Virus record (IMG/VR): IMGVR_UViG_3300020042_009066
Coordinates: 1 to 24,957 of that record
Direction: 5' to 3' (one strand)
DNA from: a virus
Lineage: Duplodnaviria > Caudoviricetes
DNA: 24,957 nt
The notes beneath the pieces are model-generated. The model was given only the letters and a program-made list of their open reading frames with translations, was not told the DNA's origin and searched no databases. Made by a program: the position numbers and the translations under genes. This document shows positions 1-7,410 of the stretch, one piece after another; position 1 is the stretch's first letter, and every line of letters starts with the position of its first letter.

Positions 1-1
1 T

Positions 2-244
2 TTGGGATTTTTCCAGCTCTTGCAAAGAAATTTCTTTTCCAGCTATCAGAATTTTTTCTTTCAAAAAGGTTTTAATCGGCGGGCGTCCAGCCTTTGGAAA
101 CGGACTTTCTAAATTTTTTTGTTTGCAAAATCTTCTAACTCGTGATTGCAAAGTGGTCGGTTTTAAATTAAAAAATAGATCGGCGGCTTGCGCGATTGTT
201 AGTTTTTCGTTTTTAATTTTGTTGATGATTTCTATGTTTATCAT
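2..244 (-). CDS. Putative helix-turn-helix DNA-binding protein, 3' end outside the window
   Basis: Not in the ORF track. Read manually from ATG at 244: MINIEIINKIKNEKLTIAQAADLFFNLKPTTLQSRVRRFCKQKNLESPFPKAGRPPIKTF..., open to the window edge. The pattern 'LTIAQAADLF-NLKPTTLQSRV...GRPP' is HTH-like (Psq/homeodomain-like). Confidence 0.6.
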   Translation of the reverse strand, partial: MINIEIINKIKNEKLTIAQAADLFFNLKPTTLQSRVRRFCKQKNLESPFPKAGRPPIKTFLKEKILIAGKEISLQELEKSQ

Positions 245-256
245 TTTTTTAGTTGT

Positions 257-445
257 TTAATTTAATTCAAGAAAAGTTTTGTGGTCGCTAAATAAATCCT
301 CTTCTTTTGCAGAAAGATAAACGCCTTTTGCAATTTTTACTTTGTAAAGCTGGGTTGCATTGCTCCAGCCAACAATTTTGCCAATTTGATTATCTTTTTT
401 GAATTTTACAATTTCGAACGTAAAGTGTGTCATATTTTTGCCCAT
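257..445 (-). CDS. Hypothetical phage protein (62 aa)
   Basis: ORF track; packed in a co-oriented small-gene cassette. Confidence 0.6.
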   Translation of the reverse strand: MGKNMTHFTFEIVKFKKDNQIGKIVGWSNATQLYKVKIAKGVYLSAKEEDLFSDHKTFLELN

Positions 446-455
446 ATTTTAATTG

Positions 456-548
456 TTAAAAATTTTCGTTCAACACAAGCATAAATCTTTTTTCTTGTGC
501 GCGGTTGAATTTATAGTTAGCAATTAGTTTTTTAAGTTTATTTAGCAT
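456..548 (-). CDS. Small hypothetical protein (30 aa, MLNKLKKLIANYKFNRAQEKRFMLVLNENF)
   Basis: Read manually: ATG at 548, TAA at 456-458. Fills the gap between neighbouring cassette genes and has an A-rich leader like them. Confidence 0.45.
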   Translation of the reverse strand: MLNKLKKLIANYKFNRAQEKRFMLVLNENF

Positions 549-574
549 TTTTAATTGATTTAATTTAAGTTGTT

Positions 575-934
575 TCAATTTGAGACTTTTAAAAGACTTG
601 GTAAAGTTGGTTTAAAACTTTGTATAACATCAGCCAAACTTTTTGCTTTTCTTGTTTTTGTGCCAACTTGTTTAATGTCTAAATAAAATTTTCTTGATTC
701 AACAATTTCAATTTCTACTTTTTCGCCGCGATCCACGCTTTGTTGTAAAGTTGTAAAATCAACTATTTGACCTGAAAAAAACCCGCTGTCTCTTCTATAA
801 TCGCCATCACGAAAAATTTCTAAATTGCCAGCCTTTAAAAAGCCGTTGTAACTGTCTTGATGGAATCTTTTAAAGATTGGCTCGCAATTTTGAGATTTTA
901 GAAAATCAAGTAGTTTTTTTGAGTTTATTTTCAT
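575..934 (-). CDS. Hypothetical phage protein (119 aa)
   Basis: ORF track; preceded by the repeated leader AACAACTAAAAACGAGG. Confidence 0.75.
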   Translation of the reverse strand: MKINSKKLLDFLKSQNCEPIFKRFHQDSYNGFLKAGNLEIFRDGDYRRDSGFFSGQIVDFTTLQQSVDRGEKVEIEIVESRKFYLDIKQVGTKTRKAKSLADVIQSFKPTLPSLLKVSN

Positions 935-944
935 TTTTTTAAAT

Positions 945-961
945 CCTCGTTTTTAGTTGTT
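945..961 (-). repeat. Repeated leader/RBS element AACAACTAAAAACGAGG, copy 1
   Basis: Plus strand cctcgtttttagttgtt, identical to 1231-1247 and a one-base indel from 1492-1507. Contains the stop codon of the upstream gene and a GAGG. Confidence 0.85.
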
Positions 962-1222
962 AAAATTGATTTTTTTGTTTTTGAATTTTAAAGCCATTTT
1001 TTCGCCCCATTTTTGATCTTGGCAATATGGGCCGCATTCAATACTTGAAATAATTATTTCACCGCAACCGCTCCAGCTTTTAAATTCGTTTCGGATTGTC
1101 CTGTTTAATGATTTAAAATTGCGCTCTACATTGCCCAAACATGTAACAGTTGGTTCAGCTCTTAAATCACTTGCTCTTTTATATGAATGATAAATTTTAA
1201 CCCAAATAATAAATTTTTTCAT
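953..1222 (-). CDS. Hypothetical phage protein (89 aa, four Cys)
   Basis: ORF track; preceded by the repeated leader. Confidence 0.7.
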   Translation of the reverse strand: MKKFIIWVKIYHSYKRASDLRAEPTVTCLGNVERNFKSLNRTIRNEFKSWSGCGEIIISSIECGPYCQDQKWGEKMALKFKNKKINFNN

Positions 1223-1230
1223 TTTTTGAC

Positions 1231-1247
1231 CCTCGTTTTTAGTTGTT
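1231..1247 (-). repeat. Repeated leader/RBS element, copy 2
   Basis: cctcgtttttagttgtt, exact 17-bp match to 945-961. Confidence 0.85.
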
Positions 1248-1249
1248 TG

Positions 1250-1483
1250 TTAATTAGTTAAATAAAGAGGCGCAACAAATTCGTATAACATGAACCCGCC
1301 GCCAAAATTTGTAAAATGGCTAAGTTCCTCGATTTGTTTTTGAGTCCAAGCTTGCACGCCGTAATTATACTTTTTTTCTTTTGGTCTTTTATATTTTACA
1401 ATTACCATTTCGCGATCGCGGCAAAATTGAGGCGGGTTTTTGCCGGATCTTAATTCTGCAATGATTTTAATTTCTTTTTCCAT
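1250..1483 (-). CDS. Hypothetical phage protein (77 aa), first gene of the minus-strand cassette
   Basis: ORF track; lies downstream of the sigma70-like promoter and leader copy 3. Confidence 0.7.
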   Translation of the reverse strand: MEKEIKIIAELRSGKNPPQFCRDREMVIVKYKRPKEKKYNYGVQAWTQKQIEELSHFTNFGGGFMLYEFVAPLYLTN

Positions 1484-1491
1484 TTTTTAAT

Positions 1492-1507
1492 CCTCGTTTT
1501 TATTGTT
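1492..1507 (-). repeat. Repeated leader/RBS element, copy 3
   Basis: cctcgtttttattgtt, one base shorter than copies 1 and 2. Confidence 0.75.
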
Positions 1508-1537
1508 AAAATCAAGTTGTGTTAACTCGATAAAATG

Positions 1538-1566
1538 ATTCTAAAGAAGCATTTCTTAACTGTCAA
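1538..1566 (-). promoter_or_regulatory. Sigma70-type promoter driving the small-gene (probably early) cassette
   Basis: Minus strand TTGACA (1566-1561), 17-bp spacer, TAGAAT (1543-1538). AT-rich sequence upstream; the spacer holds the small palindrome AAGAA-gcat-TTCTT. Confidence 0.8.
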
Positions 1567-1745
1567 CAATAAATTCAAATAAATTAAAAATATTTTTAAT
1601 CAAGTGGCTGTAAGATTCGTTGCTTTTTCAAAAAATATGTATTGATTTTGGAAAAATTTATATATACTAATTTGGAGAAAAACTTAGAATCCTCTTAATC
1701 AGAATTTTTTAAAAACAAAAATTTACAAAAAAAATAACATACAGG

Positions 1746-1793
1746 TTATTTCGCAAGAAATAATCGTCCCCCCTTATAGGGGGCGGAGGGGGG
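1746..1793. other. Cluster of hairpins and a GC-rich patch upstream of the packaging operon
   Basis: ttatttc-GCAA-gaaataa (1746-1763); ccccct-tat-aggggg (1769-1783); alternative pairing of cccccct (1768-1774) with agggggg (1787-1793). Function unknown. Confidence 0.5.
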
Positions 1794-1827
1794 TAAGCGA
1801 TCTTGAAACAAATTAAAAACTTTAATT

Positions 1828-3060
1828 ATGATGCAAAAAAGAGTAGCTTGGAAACTAGAAAAAAGAAAATTAGCTGATTTAAAACCGCACCCAAAAAACC
1901 CTCGGCAATTTACTGAAAAGGGAATGAAGGATCTGGAAAATTCGATTAACTCGATTGGCTTTATGCAACCGATTAACATAAATCAAGACGGCACAATTCT
2001 TAGCGGACACGCCAGAACCCTAAAATTAAAAGAAATGGGTGAAATTGAAGTTGATGTTTATGTGCCTGATAGAATATTGACGCCAAAGCAAGAGGAAGAA
2101 GTATTAATAAGAGCTAATGCCAACACAGCAGGGCAATGGGATTGGGATTTATTGGCAAATAATTTTGAGATTGAAGAAATAAGCGAATGGGGGCTTGAAG
2201 TTACTGATATTAATTTAGATGAAGAATTAGAGGCTAAAGAAGATGATTTTGATGGAGAGCCACCAACCGAACCGATAACCGTTTTAGGCGACCTTTACGA
2301 AATAGGAGAACATCGTTTGCTTTGCGGGGATAGTACCGACAGCGACCAAGTGGCAAAGTTAATGAATGGAAGTAAAGCTGATATTTCCTTTACATCGCCA
2401 CCATATAATGTAGGCAAAACACCAAACGGGAATGATAAAAAATATTTAAACGATAATGATAATAAAAGTATTTCGGAATATGTTTCTTTATTAGATGATT
2501 TTACAAAGACAGCGTTATTGTTTTCTGATTTTGTTTTTTCTAATATACAAAGTCTATCGGGTAATAAAATAGCTTTAATAGAACATTTGTATAATTTACG
2601 AAGTGTTTATGCAGATGTAATGATTTGGGATAAAAAAACAGCAGAACCAGCAATGGCTCGAAAAGTATTAAATTCAAGATTTGAATATATTTATATCTTT
2701 TCAAATGAAGCAAAAAGAAGTATTGGTAAAAGAGATTTTAGAGGTACAATTGACAATATTTTTCAATTAAATTCTCGTCAAGGCAAAGATTTTGCAAAAA
2801 TACATAAAGCTACATTTCCAATACAATTACCTGAAATGTTTATAAAGAACTTTACGGAAACAAGTGTATTAGATTGTTTTTGTGGCACAGGCTCAACAAT
2901 GGTAGCATCACACCAACTTAAACGCAAATGTTACGGTATGGAATTAGACCCGAAATATTGCGATGTAATTATAAAACGAATGATTAAACTAGACCCTAGC
3001 TTGAAAATCACTAGAAATGGTGAAGATTGTAAAAACGAATTTATTGAAAAAAATGACTAA
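1828..3060 (+). CDS. ParB/Srx-like N-terminal domain fused to an N4-C/N6-A DNA methyltransferase (beta class)
   Basis: N-terminus LKPHPKNPR...SIGFMQPI...ILSGHAR; HRLLCGDST; catalytic TSPPY precedes HKATFP and the SAM-binding VLDCFCGTGST...GMELDPKY. Typical position upstream of the terminase. Confidence 0.92.
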   Translation: MMQKRVAWKLEKRKLADLKPHPKNPRQFTEKGMKDLENSINSIGFMQPININQDGTILSGHARTLKLKEMGEIEVDVYVPDRILTPKQEEEVLIRANANTAGQWDWDLLANNFEIEEISEWGLEVTDINLDEELEAKEDDFDGEPPTEPITVLGDLYEIGEHRLLCGDSTDSDQVAKLMNGSKADISFTSPPYNVGKTPNGNDKKYLNDNDNKSISEYVSLLDDFTKTALLFSDFVFSNIQSLSGNKIALIEHLYNLRSVYADVMIWDKKTAEPAMARKVLNSRFEYIYIFSNEAKRSIGKRDFRGTIDNIFQLNSRQGKDFAKIHKATFPIQLPEMFIKNFTETSVLDCFCGTGSTMVASHQLKRKCYGMELDPKYCDVIIKRMIKLDPSLKITRNGEDCKNEFIEKND

Positions 3061-3430
3061 AAAGAAATCAAAGAGCGAAAGTAATCCTAATGGTAGACCA
3101 ACAATAATGACGCCAGAAACAGTCAAGAAACTTAAAGAAGGTTTTGCGCAGGGGTTTAGTGTAGATAACGCTTGTATTTGGGCTGATATATCAAAACAAA
3201 CATATTACACCTACTGCGAAAAGGAAGCGGGCTTTTTAGACCTTTGCAAGACTTTACAAAAAAAACCGTTAATAAAATCAATCCTTGTAATCAACAAAGC
3301 GTTGAATGAAGGCGATGTTTCGACTGCTAAATGGTATGCCGAAAGAAAAGGAAAAGATGAATTTTGTTTAAAAACAGAAACTACAATAGACGGAAGCTTG
3401 ACAACTAAAATAATTAAAGACGATATCTAA
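3053..3430 (+). CDS. terS: Terminase small subunit (probable)
   Basis: GRPTIMTPETVKKL followed by HTH-like ACIWADISKQTYY and AKWYAERK; lies upstream of TerL. The start at 3053 (overlapping the methylase stop) is preferred over 3017. Confidence 0.75.
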   Translation: MTKKKSKSESNPNGRPTIMTPETVKKLKEGFAQGFSVDNACIWADISKQTYYTYCEKEAGFLDLCKTLQKKPLIKSILVINKALNEGDVSTAKWYAERKGKDEFCLKTETTIDGSLTTKIIKDDI

Positions 3431-3600
3431 TGATAACTACCGAATCAGTGCAAAGCTTAAATATTTCAAAAGAATATATTTCTGATTATATCGTAAAAAA
3501 AGGGGAGTCAGTAATTGGAAAAAAGCTTCTTTCAAAAGAAAGATTAATAGAAATAAAAAAAATTAATGATAGCTCTAATGAAAACAAAAAATTTAACTAG
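3430..3600 (+). CDS. Small hypothetical protein (56 aa, MITTESVQSLNISKEYISDYIVKKGESVIGKKLLSKERLIEIKKINDSSNENKKFN)
   Basis: Read manually; ATG overlaps the terS stop (TAATG), stop TAG at 3598-3600. Confidence 0.5.
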   Translation: MITTESVQSLNISKEYISDYIVKKGESVIGKKLLSKERLIEIKKINDSSNENKKFN

Positions 3601-3754
3601 AAAGGACGGATTATTAAAAATAGTTGGATGGCTTCATTCAAACAAAGAAGATGGTAAATTTTCTAAAATTCAAAAAAGATTTATTAAACTTGAAGAAGAT
3701 GGTAAATTTTTTTATCTTGGAAAAAAAAGATTTATTAAACCACTTTTTGCGTGA
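3566..3754 (+). CDS. Small hypothetical protein with an internal duplication (start may be 3578)
   Basis: Stop overlaps the TerL start (GTGA). Contains EDGKF...KRFIK twice. Confidence 0.55.
   Translation: MIALMKTKNLTRKDGLLKIVGWLHSNKEDGKFSKIQKRFIKLEEDGKFFYLGKKRFIKPLFA
3645..3740 (+). repeat. Imperfect tandem duplication, two units of about 48-51 bp
   Basis: aagaagatggtaaatttt at 3645 and 3693; aaaaaagatttattaaac at 3672 and 3723. Confidence 0.85.
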
Positions 3755-5043
3755 TAACTCTAAGCGAAAAAATCGCGCCAATCTTTTATTCAGTTCACCG
3801 CGCCATTAGAGATGAAACACATGACGAGTTTTGGATACATGGTGGCAGGGGTTCAACAAAATCAAGCTTCATTTCAATTCAAATAATTCTAGGCTTAATT
3901 AAAGACCCTGAAGCTAACGCGATCGCTTTTAGAAAAGTTTCCCGCACAATCAGAGACTCAATTCAAGGTTCGCTTAACTGGGCAATTGATGAGTTAGGCG
4001 AAAGCGATAATTTTGATTCGATTAGCTCACCTGCCGAGATAACTTACAAGCCAACAGGGCAGAAGATAATTTTGCGCGGTTTAGACGAGCCAAGAAAGCT
4101 AAAATCAATTAAGCTGCGCAAAGGTTATTTTAAAATGCTTTGGTTTGAAGAGGCTGACGAATTTAACGGCGATAACGAAATAAGAAGCGTCGAACAATCA
4201 ATTTTACGGGGCGGTGAAAAGTTTATAGAGTTTTTAAGCTACAACCCGCCAAGAAATCCCAATCATTGGATAAATAAACTTGCGCAAGAAAACGGCAAAA
4301 AACTAACGCATCATTCCACTTATTTAGACGTGCCGCAAAATTGGCTTGGTAGCAAATTCTTTGACAAAGCTGACAGGTTAAAAACAAATAATTATGAGAC
4401 TTATTGTCACGAATACTTGGGCAAATCAATTGGAAACCCAAAAGAACTGGTTTTTGCTGGAAAATATGAAGTAAGCGATTTTGAAACTCCGCCGCTTTCC
4501 CAAATTTATCAAAACAGATTTTTTTTTGGATGTGATTTTGGCTTCGCTTCAGATCCGAGCGTGCTTATTCGTTGCTACATTAAAGACGATTGTCTTTTTG
4601 CTGATTATGAGCAATACGGCGTTCAAGTTGAAATCGACCACATTGGAAAAGTTATTTTCGACAAAATTCCCGAATCTAAAATCTGGCAAATCGAAGCCGA
4701 CTCTTCAAGACCCGAAACTATTTCAAATTTAGTTCGTCAAGGTTTTAGAATTAGAGGCGCAAAAAAATGGGCTGGAAGCGTTGAAGAAGGCATTCAGTAT
4801 TTGAAAAGTTTTAAAAAAATAATAATTCATTCGCGTTGTGTAAATCTTGCCAAAGAGTTTGAGAATTACTCTTACTTGGTGGATTCAGAAACTAAAGAAA
4901 TCTTGCCGAAAATTAACGACAAAAAATCAAGAGTTTACGAAAAAGAAGGCGACAAAATGGGAATCAAAGACGACGGAATTGACGCGATTAGGTATGCGCT
5001 AAGCACTTACATTAAAAAAACTCCCGACATAATAGTTTTTTAA
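3751..5043 (+). CDS. terL: Terminase large subunit, PBSX/SPP1-like family
   Basis: Walker A GGRGSTKS, GLDEPRKLKS, Walker B LWFEEADE, coupling motif SYNPP, nuclease GCDFGFASDP, ADSSRPETI and DDGIDAIRYA. GTG start. Confidence 0.95.
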   Translation: MITLSEKIAPIFYSVHRAIRDETHDEFWIHGGRGSTKSSFISIQIILGLIKDPEANAIAFRKVSRTIRDSIQGSLNWAIDELGESDNFDSISSPAEITYKPTGQKIILRGLDEPRKLKSIKLRKGYFKMLWFEEADEFNGDNEIRSVEQSILRGGEKFIEFLSYNPPRNPNHWINKLAQENGKKLTHHSTYLDVPQNWLGSKFFDKADRLKTNNYETYCHEYLGKSIGNPKELVFAGKYEVSDFETPPLSQIYQNRFFFGCDFGFASDPSVLIRCYIKDDCLFADYEQYGVQVEIDHIGKVIFDKIPESKIWQIEADSSRPETISNLVRQGFRIRGAKKWAGSVEEGIQYLKSFKKIIIHSRCVNLAKEFENYSYLVDSETKEILPKINDKKSRVYEKEGDKMGIKDDGIDAIRYALSTYIKKTPDIIVF

Positions 5044-5047
5044 AACA

Positions 5048-5999
5048 ATGATTAATTTTGACATCTTTGGAAAGCCTTATTTCGGCAAAGTAGAACCTTT
5101 GCGCATTCCTTACATGGGCAGCAAAAGAAAAATTGCCGAACAGCTTTTTGAAAAGATGTTAGAAATAAAACCAAACGCAAAATACTTTTTTGATTTGTTT
5201 GGCGGAGGTGGTGCCATGTCTTTTTTTGCTGTTCAACTTGGCTTAAAAACGCATTACAACGAAAAGCAAAAGCGCTTAGTTGATTTGCTAAATTACATTT
5301 TGCAACGCGCTCGAAACGGCGAAAAAGGGCAATATGGAATTTTTCCCGATGATTTTTATGATTTTATTGACAGAGAAAAATTTAAAATCTTAAAAGACGA
5401 GGATTCGATAAAAGGGCAATTCGCGCGGATTTGTTATAGTTTTGGGAATAACCAAAGCGTTATGCTTTTGGCGACATCGAAGAATTAAAACACTTGGCAC
5501 ATGATGTTGTAGTTTTTCAAAGCGAAAAAGCTTTGGCAGAATTTAATCAGAAAACCAACTCAAATTTTGTTTTAAGCAAGAAAGAATCTTGGAATGAAAG
5601 GAGGCTTAATTTTATGGCGCAAGTTAATGCTCGATTAGATTTTGAGCAACTCCAGCAACTCAGCACTCAGCAACTCAGCACTCCAGCAACTCCAGCAACT
5701 CCAGCGGTTGCCAGCTTTTACAATAACCAACTTGGATTTTCAAGATGTTAAAATTGAAACGCCAATTGAAGAAACGATAATCTACTTAGACCCTCCTTAT
5801 CGCGGCACGGCAGAATACAAGGAAAGTGCTTTGTTTGATGATATTGACAACTATTTTAGAAACTCGCCTTACTCTTGCTTTATGTCTGAATACAACGCGC
5901 CTTTTGATTCTGTTTTAAAAATCAAGAAAGAAAGCCTTTTAAATAACTGGCGCGAAAAGAAAATTTGTTATTGAGAACCTTTACTGGAACAAAAAATAA
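5048..5999 (+). pseudogene. Dam-like (D12 class) DNA adenine methyltransferase interrupted by three frameshift sites (true pseudogene or sequencing error)
   Basis: PYMGSKRKIA and DLFGGGGAMS in 5048-5488; IYLDPPY and MSEY in 5642-5974. Frames join at about 5459 (SFGNNQS|YAFGDIEELKHLAH), in the repeat at 5650-5707, and at about 5948 (...|GAKRKFVIENLYWNKK, stop 5997-5999). Confidence 0.85.
5650..5707 (+). repeat. CTCCAGCAA (Leu-Gln-Gln) tandem repeat, seven units, three of them shortened
   Basis: Units: ctccagcaa, ctcagca, ctcagcaa, ctcagca, ctccagcaa, ctccagcaa, ctccagcgg. Confidence 0.9.
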
Positions 6000-6001
6000 A
6001 A

Positions 6002-6019
6002 TTTAATCATATTTTTTAG
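6002..6019 (+). promoter_or_regulatory. Repeated motif TTTAATCATATTTTTTAG, copy 1 (putative late promoter/regulator site), upstream of portal
   Basis: Exact 18-bp match to 8847-8864; 15-bp core matches 14851-14865. Confidence 0.6.
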
Positions 6020-6063
6020 CTTTGCTTAAAAACGTTTAAAACTTAGTTATTCAAAATAAAAAA

Positions 6064-7410
6064 ATGTTTTTCCGCAAAGAAAAGAAAAATTTTAACAACT
6101 GGTCGTTTCTTAATTTACTTCGTGGCGATTATGCCCAAGTAAACAACCCAACCGAGTTTATTAGATTCTATGTTGAAGCTTGCCCTGTTTTTACAGCAAC
6201 TAAGTTAATTACTGACGCTGTTTCTTCAATTGATATTGTTTTAAAAGACAAAAACGGCGATTACATCTACGAACACGAAGCGTTAAAGATTTTAAGAAAT
6301 CCAAATCCTTTTACCGATGGGCAACTTTTCATGAAAGAGTTGGCTTCTTACTACATCCTAACTGGCAACACTTATCTTAACATAATCGGCGAAAAGAAAC
6401 CAGTCGAATTAAATTGCTACAACCCTTCGGATATTACAATACTTGCGGCAAATGATGGGTATGCGGGCGAATACACTTATCAATCAACTAACTTTTCATC
6501 TATCTATCAAAGAACCGCTGACAAAAGATTTTTAGACGGCAAAAAAAACGAGCTGGCTCATTTACGCGATTTCAACCCGAATTTTTCATCAACCAATTTA
6601 GTTGGCTCATCTTCATTTTTAGGATGCCAACTTGAAATTAGCCAATACATCTTGGCTTCAATACACAACAATTCACTTTTGAATAATCAAGCGCGCCCAA
6701 GCGGCATAATTACTTACAAAGGCTCTAATGATTTGCAACAATCGCAAGTTGATAGTATTAAAGATTTAGTTAAAAACAAATTGTCGGGCGCAAGAAATGC
6801 TGGAGAGCCAGCTTTTTTGGGTGGCGATTTTAACTGGTTGCAACTATCGGAATCTGTTAAAGATATGGATTTTCCAACGCTTAAAAAATCAGTTGCGGAG
6901 GCTATCTATTCAGCAGCTAAAATACCTTTGCCAATGATAAGCCCTGATAATATGAGTTTTGCTAACATGGACGCGTCAAAATATGCTTTCTACGACAACG
7001 CGGTTTTACCAACCTTAAAAAGAATTTTAAAATTTCTTAGCTTTAGAGTTCTTTCAAGATACAACTTGCAAGGTTTAGAATATTCATTTGACGAATCAGC
7101 AATCGAGGCTTTGGAAGCTCGTAAATATGACGTCGCAGAAAAGGCTTCTAAAATTGGAATTTTGAGCGATAACGAACTTAGAACGATGATTGGCTACGAA
7201 TCAACAACTGGTGGCGATGGAATTTACAAGCCCGCAAATCTAGTTCAGGTTGGGCTTGATACTTACACGGCAGATAATAGAGATGAGCCAGTTGGTAAAT
7301 CTGAATTTGTTGATTTGATGAAAAAACAAAAAAAACTAAATGGCGAAAGACTTTATTCTGACGAATACATCGAGCTAAAAGCAAAAGAGTTTTATGGAAA
7401 TCGACGCTAG
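6064..7410 (+). CDS. Portal protein, HK97 family
   Basis: ILRNPNPFTDG, ILTGNTY, NQARPSGII, GARNAGEP, KDMDF, ILSDNELR; lies between TerL and the head genes. Confidence 0.93.
   Translation: MFFRKEKKNFNNWSFLNLLRGDYAQVNNPTEFIRFYVEACPVFTATKLITDAVSSIDIVLKDKNGDYIYEHEALKILRNPNPFTDGQLFMKELASYYILTGNTYLNIIGEKKPVELNCYNPSDITILAANDGYAGEYTYQSTNFSSIYQRTADKRFLDGKKNELAHLRDFNPNFSSTNLVGSSSFLGCQLEISQYILASIHNNSLLNNQARPSGIITYKGSNDLQQSQVDSIKDLVKNKLSGARNAGEPAFLGGDFNWLQLSESVKDMDFPTLKKSVAEAIYSAAKIPLPMISPDNMSFANMDASKYAFYDNAVLPTLKRILKFLSFRVLSRYNLQGLEYSFDESAIEALEARKYDVAEKASKIGILSDNELRTMIGYESTTGGDGIYKPANLVQVGLDTYTADNRDEPVGKSEFVDLMKKQKKLNGERLYSDEYIELKAKEFYGNRR

Noticed and set aside
1642-1668. Plus-strand promoter TTGATT...TATACT
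   Set aside because: The spacer is only 15 bp and the region is AT-rich enough for chance matches.
5650-5707. Short tandem array considered as a CRISPR array
   Set aside because: Units are 7-9 bp with no spacers, lie inside a methyltransferase gene, and no cas genes are present.
5048-5999. Stop-codon reassignment as the cause of the split methyltransferase
   Set aside because: The fragments are in different frames, and all other genes read through intact in the standard bacterial code.
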